Assembly (NCBI GenBank): GCA_963700285.1
Contig: CAVOXA010000001.1
Location: forward strand, 352,001-416,000
From: an uncultured Chloroflexia bacterium
Lineage (GTDB): Bacteria > Chloroflexota > Anaerolineae > JAAYZQ01
Length of the DNA stretch: 64,000 nt
Reading direction: 5' to 3'
The notes beneath the pieces were generated by a model that had not been told where the DNA came from, made no database searches, and was given only the letters and a program-made list of their open reading frames with translations. Position numbers and translations under genes: made by a program. Positions 40,367 through 51,976 of this stretch are shown piece by piece. Numbering within the stretch: position 1 is the stretch's first letter; each line of letters starts with the position of its first letter.

Positions 40367-42811
40367 TCATGATTCTGAGGATTCAGACGATCTTCGTTCT
40401 TGAATGGGCGCCAGCAGGACCGGGCGGTGGGTCTGTTGCACGACGCGGTCGGCTACGCTGCCCACCAGCAGGCCCTCCACCCCCCCCTGCCCATGGGTGG
40501 AGAGCATGATCACGTCGACGTCCTCCTCCTCGGCCACTCGGATGATCTTCTCTGCCGGTCGCGACCCGGCGACCAGCACGTGAGTCTCGATCCCCTCTGC
40601 ACGCAGGGCGGTCGCAATTTCCTCCAGGTACTGGTAGGCTTCGGCCTCGGCCTCGGCCCTCAACCGCTCGATCTCCTCTGCCATGACGCCGAACCGCTCC
40701 GGTCTGGGTACCTCCGGCACCCGTAGCAGCAGGACGACGCTGCCATACATGGTCGATGCTCGCACCATGGGTAGGACACGCTCAGCGAACTCGGAACCGT
40801 CCAGCGCAACCAGCAGCTTGCCGAACCTTGGTACGGGCGGCGGTCCACCTGGCGCTGGATGGATGATCAGGACCGGCCTGGTCAAGAGTTGGACCAGGCG
40901 GGTCGCGACGCTGCCCAGCATCCAGCGCTGCAATCCGGACCGGCCGTGGGTGCTGATGACAGACATGTCGATGGCCTGTTCCTCCATGAACTGGTTGACC
41001 GATTCGGCCACCGGCCCGCGCAGGACAGAATAGGTCACATCGATGCCTTTGGCACGCATCCGCTTGGCGACGCCCTGCAGATAGGTTTCCAGCTTCCGCC
41101 GCCTGCCGTTCAGCTCCTTCGAATCTGCGCTGGGGCGGCCCCACAGCCGAAAGCCGGACCGCTTCGGGCGCACAGAGACCAGGGTCAGACGGGCGTCAAA
41201 TGCCTGGCAGAGCGACTCTGCTGCTGGAAGCGCCTGTTCCGCATAGTCCGAACCATCGAGAGTCACCAGGACGTGTTGCGGTGTCCCCCGTGCTCGCTGC
41301 CAGAGGCGGCTAGGGGGAGCAATAGCACCCTCCTCCTGGGAAGAAAAAGTAGCCGGCAGGCTGACCGTACCTGCCCCGTCAGCAGCCTCAGCAGCAAAGG
41401 CTTGTCCAAAGCCAAAGCCGCCCAGCATGGCCACTTCCAGCTCGCCCAGCCGTTCTGCCAGAGAACTGGGAGCGCCGAGCCGCCCGCGAACGTAGGTAAA
41501 GGCCCCAAAGAGAATGGGGATAAAGACAAAGTAGGTCCAGGCGCCCTCAACGAATCGCTCCCGAAAGATGACAACCGTGGCGGCTGTGGTGATGCTTGCT
41601 GCCAGCACCGTGCCAACCAGCATAGCCATGTATGATGCCGAGAAACCTTGGCGCAGTTCCCGTGCCAGGCGCTTGGAGGCCGCCCAACCGGTCATGCTCA
41701 GGAGGACGAACACGCCTGCGGCATAGATGGCCAGGTAGGTCTCCTCGTTGGTGCCCGCCAGCAAAAAGATGAGCGTCACCAGACCCACCTCCAGCCACAC
41801 CGGCTTGTCGGCCACGCCAAAGCGATTCTGTTGGCCCAGGGAAGCGGGGATATAGTTCCGATTTTTCAGGCCGAGCGCCAGATTCTGCAATCCCTGGGCG
41901 CTGGCTGCGGAAGCCGATCCCAGGACCAACACACTGACCAGCGTGCCCAGGTAGGGCAGCGGCGCCGGCAAGAGCTGGTCCATCGTCTGGGTGAAGACCG
42001 AAACGTGCGGGTCGGTGGGATCCGAGAGGTTGGCGATGGCCGGTCCGACGATCAACATGGTCACCGCCGTGGTGCCCATGATGATCAGCAGGCTGCCGAA
42101 AGCCTTGTTGCTGCGCTGGCGGGGTTGTCCCCCGTAGGCGGCCACCAGGTTGGCAAAGACCTCGATGCCGGTCATTACGGCCAGCATGCGGGTAAAGCCC
42201 CCAAAGGTAAAGTGAAGGTAGTCGCCCGTGAATGCCTGCAGATTGAGGGTGGGCAGATGTAGGCCATACCGCCAGATGGTGGCGCCGATCATGGCCCACA
42301 GCAGGATCAGGACACCCGCTGTGGCCGGACCAAAGACATAGGCCGAGGTTTTGGGCCCGCGGTTGACCAGATAGCCGATAGCGATGCTCAGCAAAATGGC
42401 GACCAGGGTCCGGTACTGGATGCCCAAGATCGAGTCGTTCAGCATGGGGAGGCGGTCGGCGAGGAACGTGACCAGGGCGGCCATGCTCACCAGGAAGGTC
42501 AGGGTATACTCCACAAAGGTGATCGCCGCGTTGACCTTGGCCGCCCAGCCCCCGAACTCTTCCTCGCTCAGACCGGTTCCACCGCTGCCGTCGGTCACCC
42601 ATAACATCACCAGCCGGTACATGGCCGACACCATGGCGATGGTAAAGACTACCAGCCAGATGGTGGCCCCGAACGTAACCGCAGCCACCCCACCGACGAC
42701 GATCAGCCTGAGGAAAGGTCCAAAGACGTACAGGGGCGAGGTTGCCGGATCGCCTCCCGCGGCCAGTGCGCCTTCGACAGAATTGGATAGTTTGTGCGAG
42801 ACGTGCGCCAT
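40367..42811 (-). CDS. KUP/KimA-like APC transporter fused to two universal stress protein domains
   Basis: GDPATSPLY, EYTLT..VS, TGIE..AN, YAAGVF; two USP domains (LDGS..AE; STHG.SG...LGSVA). Confidence 0.82.
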   Translation of the reverse strand: MAHVSHKLSNSVEGALAAGGDPATSPLYVFGPFLRLIVVGGVAAVTFGATIWLVVFTIAMVSAMYRLVMLWVTDGSGGTGLSEEEFGGWAAKVNAAITFVEYTLTFLVSMAALVTFLADRLPMLNDSILGIQYRTLVAILLSIAIGYLVNRGPKTSAYVFGPATAGVLILLWAMIGATIWRYGLHLPTLNLQAFTGDYLHFTFGGFTRMLAVMTGIEVFANLVAAYGGQPRQRSNKAFGSLLIIMGTTAVTMLIVGPAIANLSDPTDPHVSVFTQTMDQLLPAPLPYLGTLVSVLVLGSASAASAQGLQNLALGLKNRNYIPASLGQQNRFGVADKPVWLEVGLVTLIFLLAGTNEETYLAIYAAGVFVLLSMTGWAASKRLARELRQGFSASYMAMLVGTVLAASITTAATVVIFRERFVEGAWTYFVFIPILFGAFTYVRGRLGAPSSLAERLGELEVAMLGGFGFGQAFAAEAADGAGTVSLPATFSSQEEGAIAPPSRLWQRARGTPQHVLVTLDGSDYAEQALPAAESLCQAFDARLTLVSVRPKRSGFRLWGRPSADSKELNGRRRKLETYLQGVAKRMRAKGIDVTYSVLRGPVAESVNQFMEEQAIDMSVISTHGRSGLQRWMLGSVATRLVQLLTRPVLIIHPAPGGPPPVPRFGKLLVALDGSEFAERVLPMVRASTMYGSVVLLLRVPEVPRPERFGVMAEEIERLRAEAEAEAYQYLEEIATALRAEGIETHVLVAGSRPAEKIIRVAEEEDVDVIMLSTHGQGGVEGLLVGSVADRVVQQTHRPVLLAPIQERRSSESSES

Positions 42812-43003
42812 GCTAGGCTTGTCCCTCCCAGATCATGTGATAACTTGGATGCGGTACCGAGATCTGCTTGCCCTCGCTCCCCAGCCCCCAACCGCCCCAG
42901 GAGCGGGAAGCCACGTCGGCGGAAATACGCTGCCGGTAAAGCTTGGTGCGGATGAATGGCAGGCGATCTGTTTCGCTTGACACTAGGCTGTTCCCAGGGG
43001 GAG

Positions 43004-43032
43004 ATTATACCATAGCGAGGAACGAACAACAA
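43004..43032 (-). promoter_or_regulatory. Promoter of the transporter-USP gene
   Basis: Minus strand TTGTTG, 17 nt, TATAAT preceded by TGG. Confidence 0.55.
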
Positions 43033-43145
43033 CACGTCGCTTCCGCAGGAAACGCCACGTGCGTTGAGAGCACGCGACGGGACAGTGAAACAGTGGAACT
43101 GGAACCCGCCAGGGATGAGGCGCAGTGCACCCCACCCCTGGCTGT

Positions 43146-44210
43146 TTAGGTGATCACAAAGCCCATGTCCCCCACTGCCGAGCCGGCCGGGGCTTTGCCC
43201 TTGAACTGGCTCATATACAGGGTATAGTAGAATCCCTCCTTGGCCATCAGCTCATCGTGCGAGGCCATCTCCACTATCTCGCCACCGTTGACTACCATGA
43301 TCCGGTGCGAGTCGCGGATGGTAAGATCACGACCAGAATCATGAGGATCTGCAGGACCGCGCGTACGAGTTGGCCAACTGCTGACTCGCAGAACAGGGCC
43401 ACGGCCTCCGCGTCGTTGGTTACCCTGCTCAGGATCTCGCCCACAGGCATCCTGTGGAAAAAGCCCATCGACAGCGACTGCATATGGGAGAATAGATGGA
43501 TCTGGAGCTTGCTGAGTGCCTTGGTCGCCTGGCCGATGACAAAAGGCATGGCCATTAGGCCGAGCAGGGCTACCACGCGGATGAGGATCCCCCCGATGAA
43601 CTTGCCCCGGGCCTCTCCACCGGCCATGTACTCCAGCAACTGCTGCAGGGTCGCGCCGCTATTGTCCTTTGTCTCCTCCTTTGCACCTATTGGCTTTTTG
43701 CCTGCTGTAGCTGTTGCTGTCGTCATGCTGGCACCTCCTCCAGACCCACTCCAGCCGTGACGGCACCGCCAAGCTGGGATTCATAGATCTCCTGGTAAAG
43801 TGGGCTGCTCTGTAGCAACTCTTTGTGGGTGCCCATGGCCACGATTTCCCCGTTCTGCAGGAGTACGATGTTGTCTAGTTCGATCACGGCGCTGATCCGC
43901 TGGGCGACGTACAGTGTCGTACTGCCGTGCGTAAACTTGGGGATCTCTGCCTGGCCGCGACCCTCGGTAGAGGCGTCCAGGGCACTCGTACTGTCGTCTA
44001 GGATCAGGATCTTGGGTTCTGGCATCAGGGCTCGGTTGATCGACAGGCGCTGGCGCTGGCCACCGGTGCATCCCACTTCTCTGGAAGATTGTTGACAAAA
44101 CCCCACGTGTCAGCCGTCTTGGCCGCACTAAACATGACCCCATCCTCCGCCTCGGGATTCCCAAACTCTAGGTTGAAGCGCAGGTCACCCTTACCCTGAC
44201 ACCCTGTCAT
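43146..44210 (-). pseudogene. Collapsed remnants of two multidrug-type ABC exporter genes
   Basis: GGQRQRLSINRAL..PKILILDDSTSALD, FF...PVGEILSRVTND and terminal IRDSHRIMVVNGGEIVE..HDELM..GFY fragments, all within about 1.06 kb. Confidence 0.8.
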
Positions 44211-44776
44211 TACCGTGAACTTTTCGCCCCCTTGTCGGTGAAGCGCTGCACGCGTTTGATAACAAAGGTTCCCCTCAACCTGCCTTCAGGCCACGAGTAG
44301 GTGACAATGGTACCCGCCAGTTTGTCGTGGAAGCCCTGGCGCCGGTTGTCGAACAGGATCCACAGAAAGCCCAGAAAAAAGATGGCCGAGACCCAGTAGC
44401 CAACCTGCCGCACCAGGGCATCGCCCACCCTCAGTCGCTTGCCGTCCGTGCGCATGACGCGCACGCCCAGTATCCGCTTGCCAGGCGTCTGGCCTGCTAG
44501 CAGCCAGAAACCGACGTCGTACAGGATGGAGACCAGGAGATAGATCCCCAGGGTTGACAACAGAATAGCCAAGACCGCGTCGATCATCGCATCTTGACTC
44601 AAGCTCTCAAGCCACTGGTTCACCCGAAAAAGACTGAGAAAATACTGGATCACCAGGAGGATGACGAACGCGATGCCAAAGGCGATGATGCGGTCGAGGG
44701 CAAAGGCGGCTGAGCGCGAAAAGAAACCGGCGTAGCGGCCCAGGATAGCGGGCGGGGGCGTCTTCTCAGTTGGCAT
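44210..44776 (-). CDS. RDD family membrane protein
   Basis: YAGFFSR..A..LD, GQTPGK..LG.RV, QGFHDKLAGT. Confidence 0.9.
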   Translation of the reverse strand: MPTEKTPPPAILGRYAGFFSRSAAFALDRIIAFGIAFVILLVIQYFLSLFRVNQWLESLSQDAMIDAVLAILLSTLGIYLLVSILYDVGFWLLAGQTPGKRILGVRVMRTDGKRLRVGDALVRQVGYWVSAIFFLGFLWILFDNRRQGFHDKLAGTIVTYSWPEGRLRGTFVIKRVQRFTDKGAKSSR

Positions 44777-45392
44777 CAGGCGCCTCTCCTTCCACCCTGG
44801 CCGTAGGCACATACATCGTTTGGGGCTGTCCTTCCACGGGCGAAGGGGGCAAGTCGCGGCGGGGTTTCCGCCTCAGTAGCCAGCGCAACAGTGCCTCGCC
44901 GGCATCGTCAGCCGTAAGGGTCACGGACCGCGCGTTGTCCATGACGCTCGTGACCATGCCCACTCCCTGCTGGCCGATCAGATCCTGCACAAACTCGTGC
45001 ATCTCGGGGTTCTCGGCAATCTCGTCCATGACCTCGAGAGCGAGGGTACCCAATGCCCCAGTTGTGAGTGCCCGGCCTTGTTGTTCTTCCAGCTCTCCCT
45101 CTCTGACGATGCGGGCAGCCTCTTTGCGCCATTGTCCGAGTTGCGCCGCAATGGGCCTGCGGATAGGTTGGGAAAGGCGACCGGCGCCCCATCGATTGGA
45201 CGCAGAAGCAAAACGATCTGCCAACCTGTCTTGCATGTCCTGCAGACGCCATGCAGCCTCGTCGCCGCCCAGGGCCAGGAGGCCTACGAGAAAGCGCAGC
45301 GCGAGATCGACACTATCCCGATTATGATCGGTGTTCAGATCAGTTTGTGCAAGCAAAGGTCCCTGATCTGTGCCCTGGAATTCGTCGTTCAT
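44766..45392 (-). CDS. Hypothetical protein (possibly internally deleted)
   Basis: 208-aa ORF with GGAG RBS, overlapping the RDD start. Confidence 0.6.
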   Translation of the reverse strand: MNDEFQGTDQGPLLAQTDLNTDHNRDSVDLALRFLVGLLALGGDEAAWRLQDMQDRLADRFASASNRWGAGRLSQPIRRPIAAQLGQWRKEAARIVREGELEEQQGRALTTGALGTLALEVMDEIAENPEMHEFVQDLIGQQGVGMVTSVMDNARSVTLTADDAGEALLRWLLRRKPRRDLPPSPVEGQPQTMYVPTARVEGEAPDAN

Positions 45393-45715
45393 GATCTACT
45401 CCGTGCCGAGAGGTGATGTCACGGGTGATCAGACCAGGCTTTGTAGTGCCCTCAGTCGATCCTGTGGCTGAGTAGGGCTACCAGGTCGCCGCCGACACGC
45501 GGATGGTAGAGTCTGGTATGGATCAGGGACGGAGAAGGATGGTTGCTTCAGTCGCCATTGCAAGCATAGCCTGTCCCGAAATCACATACCATGGAAAGTA
45601 TGGATTCTATAATACCTTAGACTTACCCAGCGTGCATCTGCTATCGGCATAGTGTTCCGCCTCTGGGCCCATCAAGTGGGGGGAACGTTAATACACATCA
45701 CCAATTTGGGCGCAA

Positions 45716-45744
45716 TTGACAATTAGCTTTCCCTGTTGTATAAT
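45716..45744 (+). promoter_or_regulatory. Perfect consensus sigma70 promoter
   Basis: TTGACA (45716-45721), 17 nt, TATAAT (45739-45744). Confidence 0.85.
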
Positions 45745-45899
45745 CCTCCGCGATACTTCCTTGTTCTGTCGCACGTGATTGCATCGACACCCGCTCGATC
45801 TCGGACCTCTGTACGACAAACTCGGAGATTTCGAACCACACGGCCATAGAACACGTCTAGGGCCTATGGGTTCGGTATAAAACGCAGAAGAAAGGGAAA

Positions 45900-46406
45900 A
45901 TGATTATGGCAACGATTGAAAATCTCCAGGATGCCTTTGCCGGCGAAAGCCAGGCCAATCGAAAGTATCTGGCTTTTGCCAAGAAAGCAGATGCTGATGG
46001 TTACCCCCAGGTCGCCAAGCTCTTTCGCGCGGCGGCCGGGGCGGAGACCGTCCACGCCATGGCCCACCTGCGGGCCATGGGCGGCATCAAGGACACTGCT
46101 GAGAACCTGCAGGCGGCCGCCGGGGGCGAAGGTTTTGAATTCCAGGAGATGTATCCGCCCTATCTGGCCCAGGCAGAAGAAGAGGGCGACAAGAAGGCAG
46201 CGGTCTCCTTCAAATATGCTTTGGCCGTCGAGGAGATCCACTACAACCTATACGTCGAGGCCCTGGCTGCTGTGAAGGCCGGCCTGGATCTGTCAGAGGA
46301 GCGGATCTTTGTCTGTGACGTCTGCGGCAACACGGTCTATGGCGAAGCGCCGGACAAGTGCCCCATCTGTGGAGCGCGACACAATCGCTTCTTCGAAGTA
46401 GAATAG
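45900..46406 (+). CDS. rbr: Rubrerythrin
   Basis: AFAGESQA..KY, AE..HA, E..E...MY, E..H, C-terminal CDVCG...CPIC. Confidence 0.93.
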   Translation: MIMATIENLQDAFAGESQANRKYLAFAKKADADGYPQVAKLFRAAAGAETVHAMAHLRAMGGIKDTAENLQAAAGGEGFEFQEMYPPYLAQAEEEGDKKAAVSFKYALAVEEIHYNLYVEALAAVKAGLDLSEERIFVCDVCGNTVYGEAPDKCPICGARHNRFFEVE

Positions 46407-46425
46407 GGCCCGACCGCCAGGAAAC

Positions 46426-46467
46426 AAAGGGCGCTGCCTGTTTGGGACAGGCGGCGCTCTTTTGCTT
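46426..46467. terminator. Intrinsic, probably bidirectional terminator
   Basis: AAAGGGCGCTGCCTGT-TTGGG-ACAGGCGGCGCTCTTTT between convergent genes. Confidence 0.75.
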
Positions 46468-46562
46468 GCCTGAAACATACGGGGGCGAGTCTCCCCGCTG
46501 AGTCGTCCCTGGAACGTCGGACGACAGCATGCTGTCGTTTCTAGAAGCCATCGTCCAGAGCC

Positions 46563-47795
46563 TCAGCTTGCAGGCTCCCCCTGCCTCTTACCCGGGGCCA
46601 TCCATCCCAGCACCAGATAGCCCAACCCTGCTGCCAGGCCGGCGACCAGGCCTCCATACCAAATGGCCATCGGCCCGATCTGGTCGTTGAGGAATCCCCC
46701 GATGACCGGGCCAAGGCCGATGCCCACCCGCCAGGTGAGGCCGTAGAAGCCCATATATCGCCCCCGCATGTCGGGCGGTGACAAGTTAGCCGCCAGCGTC
46801 GTGCCGGTCGGTATCATGAGCATTTCGCCGGTGGTAATCACGGCCATGCTCAGCAGAAAATGCACGAATCCGGTACCCAGCGCGATGCTTCCCACCCCCA
46901 GAGCATAAAACATCGACCCCACGGCCATGACTGGCAGGGGAGGGAACTGTTTGGTACGCTTGGTGACGGTATACTGGAACAGAACCACCATGACCGCGTT
47001 GGTCGCCATCACAAATCCGTACTGGCTCTCCATCACACCGTACTGCTCCTTGCCATAGACCGGAAGTAGCACAAATACGAGGGCTGAGGGCACGATGGCC
47101 AGCGTCGTGACGGCACAGAAAGCCAGGAATCGCCCGTCGCGCAATAGGCGGCCATAGCCCCCGTTGGTCTCGCCCTCACCCTGTTCCACCTGCGGCGAGG
47201 GTAGCGTCTCGGTGGCAAGGAACAGGATGAGCAGGCCAAATGCGGCCGACGCCGCAGCCGCGGCATAGAAGGCCCAGTCATAGGAAACGGCGGCCAGGAA
47301 TCCTCCAACCGCTGGACCAATGGCAATCCCCACGTTGTTGCTCATGCGGATCAGGGCGTAGGCGCCCGATCTCTGCTCGGGCGGCAGTAGGTCGGCCACC
47401 ATTGCGTCGCTTCCAACACGGAACAGGGGGTTGAGCGCTCCGTTGGCCACCATCAGGGCGGCCCAAGCTGGCAGGCTGCTGGCCTGGCTCATGGCCACAT
47501 AGATGCCGGTGCTGGCGAACAAGCTGAGGACCATTACGCCCTTGCGACCGAGGCGATCGGCCACAGGGCCAGCGATCAGGGTCGCGACCAACGCAGAGGC
47601 CGAGTTCAGCGCCAGCAACAGGCCGATCGTCGTCAGGGGAATATCCAAACGCTGCCGGACAATGATCGTAAGGAATGGCCAGACCATACTGCCGCCGACT
47701 GCGCTGATGAGCATGCCGGCGAATAGCAGCCAGAACTGGCGGGGGTATTCAGCGATGAGGCGCCGGATGCTGTTCAGGCTGCGGGATACGGCCAC
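46563..47795 (-). CDS. MFS transporter
   Basis: Motif A G.VADRLGRK, N.G.AIGP..GG, RGRY.G. Confidence 0.92.
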   Translation of the reverse strand: MAVSRSLNSIRRLIAEYPRQFWLLFAGMLISAVGGSMVWPFLTIIVRQRLDIPLTTIGLLLALNSASALVATLIAGPVADRLGRKGVMVLSLFASTGIYVAMSQASSLPAWAALMVANGALNPLFRVGSDAMVADLLPPEQRSGAYALIRMSNNVGIAIGPAVGGFLAAVSYDWAFYAAAAASAAFGLLILFLATETLPSPQVEQGEGETNGGYGRLLRDGRFLAFCAVTTLAIVPSALVFVLLPVYGKEQYGVMESQYGFVMATNAVMVVLFQYTVTKRTKQFPPLPVMAVGSMFYALGVGSIALGTGFVHFLLSMAVITTGEMLMIPTGTTLAANLSPPDMRGRYMGFYGLTWRVGIGLGPVIGGFLNDQIGPMAIWYGGLVAGLAAGLGYLVLGWMAPGKRQGEPAS

Positions 47796-47854
47796 TTGGT
47801 CTCCGGTTCGCTAGGACCAGGGTGAAAGTAGCTCTGATCCTCTGGGGGTTGAGT

Positions 47855-49333
<1,479 letters not shown>

Positions 49334-49384
49334 TCCTTCTCTGTATAGGTGATTCTTCTCTGGCCCTGATGATGGCCGGGCGCC

Positions 49385-49413
49385 ATTCTATCATAGGCAT
49401 CGTGCCCCGTCAA
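49385..49413 (-). promoter_or_regulatory. Sigma70-type promoter of the GH13/MFS pair
   Basis: Minus strand TTGACG, 17 nt, TAGAAT. Confidence 0.7.
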
Positions 49414-49501
49414 AGGCTGTACCGGGCCATACGCCGCCTTTGTTGAGGTCGGGGCGCAACTGGATGGGAGCATTGCCTACCCCCGAGGGGCCTGGGCCCC
49501 T

Positions 49502-50566
49502 TCACCCCTGGCGCCAGCGTTCTAGAATGACATAATGGCTGCGGAAAGCGATCATTCCCAGGGGCGGCAGTTCGGTGGGTGAAAACCAGCGGGCAGTGGC
49601 TGCGTCATCGCCGGGCTTCAGGGTCCCGCTTGTTGCCTGTGCCTTATAGATCAGGTTGATCCCGGGTCCGCGGAAATCTTGCGTGTAGTGAGTTGCTTCC
49701 AATAGCTCGAGGCTGGCCACGATTAAGCCTGTCTCTTCTGTACACTCCCGGATGGCCGCGGCCTCGGGCGCCTCGTCCCATTCGACAAAGCCAGCGGGCA
49801 GGCACCATTGGCCCAAGCCTGGCTCGATGGCCCGCTGGACAAGCACTACCTGCCCGCCGCGTTCCACCAATACCGAGACCCCGACTTTCGGATCGCGAAA
49901 ATGGACAAAGCCACAGACCGGGCACACAGGCCGTTGCCGGCCAAAAGCCAGGTGTTTTTCCAATGGATGGGCGCAATGGGGGCAACAGCGCAGCGGCGCT
50001 CCCGGCTGCCAGCGGTCAAGGGTCTGGCTTCGCCAGGCATGGATGGCGCGTGCGTGGCCGCCGCCACACAAGGGTGCTGGCAACTGCTCCGGTGCATAGA
50101 AGCCGGCGGCAGAGATCTCTGGGCTCGTGCCGCCCCTGCGCAGCCTGCCGCCTACGACTTGGGCTTCATAGACTACCAGCAGGCCGTTGCCCCGCGGGTC
50201 ATCGTCAAAGTAGTAGACATCGACCAGGCGACCCACCTGAACCTGGAGGCCGCTTTCCTCGGCTGCCTCGCGCGCAGCGGCGACGGGCGGAGGCTCATCG
50301 GCCTCACAGTAGCCGGCGGGCAGGTTCCAGCTTCCGGGGAAGGCCTTGCTCTCCGGCGAGCGTTGTACCAGGAGCAACGCGCCTTCGTGTTCGACCAGTA
50401 CACCGGCGCCGACCTTGAGCTGTTGGTAGGCGATATGGCCACATGCCGGGCAGACCGGCCGCAGCCGGCCATCGAGTTGCTGCTCTATCAGCTTGGTACC
50501 ACACTGGCTACAGTACAATCCCAGTCTCCCAGATACCTGCCCGCAGGGATGCTGGCTATCTGCCAC
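49502..50566 (-). CDS. Tandem zinc-ribbon Nudix hydrolase (two Zn-ribbon plus Nudix units)
   Basis: CSQC..CPAC with G.....E.......REAAEE.G; CPHC..CPVC with G.....E.......RECTEE.G. Confidence 0.88.
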   Translation of the reverse strand: MADSQHPCGQVSGRLGLYCSQCGTKLIEQQLDGRLRPVCPACGHIAYQQLKVGAGVLVEHEGALLLVQRSPESKAFPGSWNLPAGYCEADEPPPVAAAREAAEESGLQVQVGRLVDVYYFDDDPRGNGLLVVYEAQVVGGRLRRGGTSPEISAAGFYAPEQLPAPLCGGGHARAIHAWRSQTLDRWQPGAPLRCCPHCAHPLEKHLAFGRQRPVCPVCGFVHFRDPKVGVSVLVERGGQVVLVQRAIEPGLGQWCLPAGFVEWDEAPEAAAIRECTEETGLIVASLELLEATHYTQDFRGPGINLIYKAQATSGTLKPGDDAATARWFSPTELPPLGMIAFRSHYVILERWRQG

Positions 50567-50828
50567 ATCTGTTTCCCTCGCGACCGAGGTGCAGGGGATT
50601 GTACCACAGGTCCTTGCAGAACCCAAGCAATGAGTCCCATGTACCAACTCAGGTTTATGGGAGGCGGGCCGTGCGCTACCGATGCCTGCTAGCCTCGGAC
50701 CACGGTCCAGCACTCCAGAGCATTTCACCTCCTGAGCCTGGTACGAGTGAATTGGCCAGCTTCTTCCAGATTCGCTGGCATAGGGTCAACTCACGGCGTG
50801 TCTCTACTGGCCATTCACCTTTTGAGGC

Positions 50829-51974
50829 TCACGGCAGATCCCGGCAGTTCCCGCTGCCGGCCTGGATCGAGTGGTCCGGATTGGCGACGAGGATGCACAT
50901 CTGTGATGCGTTTGCGGGGCGGTCCGCTACACCATACTCTGTGAAGGGGCTCGTGCCGCCATAGACGATCCAGGGGCCGCTGCCAGGGACGCCGGCTTCC
51001 CCCTGAGGCACCGTGTCAAAAAAGAAGTGCACGTGCTGTCCCGGAAGCTGCGGCTCGAATCCCAAAGTCTCAAAGTCTACCACATAGCCTTCGCCCTGTA
51101 TGGAAATGCTGTTGATGCGCGCGGATTCGGGTTGCAGGGCAATTTCAAAACTCCACATCCAGACTACATTGCTGCCGTTGTAGGGGTTGATGTCGATGGT
51201 GACGGTGTGCAGGCCGTTGGTAATCTGCGCGCCTCCTGGCCAGTGAGCATCGTACTCAGCCAGGGATAGTACGTCGCAGTCTGGCTCGCCCCCGCCAAAT
51301 ACGCAATAGCCGGCGTTGTTTTCGGTCCTTTCGTGAACCGGGTTGCCGTTTGGGTCGAGGATGGTAAAGGTGACATTTTCGATGCCGTCGCCGTCGTTCG
51401 TGCCGACATTGGCATCGAACACCTCGGCCTGAAAGACGATCCGGTCACGGTAGACCATGGGCTCTGTGGCTTCGCCCGGCGAATAGCCCGGCAGGGTGAC
51501 ATTGCGCCCGTCCTTCACCGGGTGGTTGTTGCGGATATTCGGTACGTCACCGCCGCCTCCGTCCACTGGCAGGACTGCGATCAAGACCGGTGTTGGGCTA
51601 GGTGGCGGGGGTGGTGGGGTGTCAGAAGGATCCGGTGGCGGTGCTTCTGTCGCGGCTGGCTGCTGTACGTCCGTGACTGCCGGAACAGGGGTCAGGGTCG
51701 GTGATGGGGATGTATCCTTCGGCGCGGCTGCCGCCAGTGTGGGTGTGTCCTCGGGTGGTGGTGCTTCTGCCGGCGCGGCTGCCGTTAGGGTGGGTATGGG
51801 TTCGGGCGGTGGTACGGCTGCGGTCAGTGTGGCCGCGACTGCCAGGTCTTCGGCCACGCGCGTGGCGACGCGATCTGCTTCTGGCTCATCCGCCGGGGAT
51901 GATCCACCGCAGGCTACCACCAAGAGCCCGGTCAGAATCAGGCTGAAAACCAGGAACGATCTGTGCTTTGTCAT
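50829..51974 (-). CDS. Lipoprotein with Pro/Thr/Ala linker and two Cys-containing extracellular domains
   Basis: Lipobox LVVAC; long P/T/A tract; YCVFGGGEPDC; HVHFFF...MC.LVANPDHS..GNC; AGGAG RBS overlapping the upstream stop. Confidence 0.85.
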   Translation of the reverse strand: MTKHRSFLVFSLILTGLLVVACGGSSPADEPEADRVATRVAEDLAVAATLTAAVPPPEPIPTLTAAAPAEAPPPEDTPTLAAAAPKDTSPSPTLTPVPAVTDVQQPAATEAPPPDPSDTPPPPPPSPTPVLIAVLPVDGGGGDVPNIRNNHPVKDGRNVTLPGYSPGEATEPMVYRDRIVFQAEVFDANVGTNDGDGIENVTFTILDPNGNPVHERTENNAGYCVFGGGEPDCDVLSLAEYDAHWPGGAQITNGLHTVTIDINPYNGSNVVWMWSFEIALQPESARINSISIQGEGYVVDFETLGFEPQLPGQHVHFFFDTVPQGEAGVPGSGPWIVYGGTSPFTEYGVADRPANASQMCILVANPDHSIQAGSGNCRDLP

Positions 51975-51976
51975 GT

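Noticed and set aside
42812-43000. c-di-AMP (ydaO) riboswitch upstream of the KimA/KUP-like gene
   Set aside because: Could not find the conserved GCTGAATC and CAGCTAAC-type segments; an Infernal search would settle it
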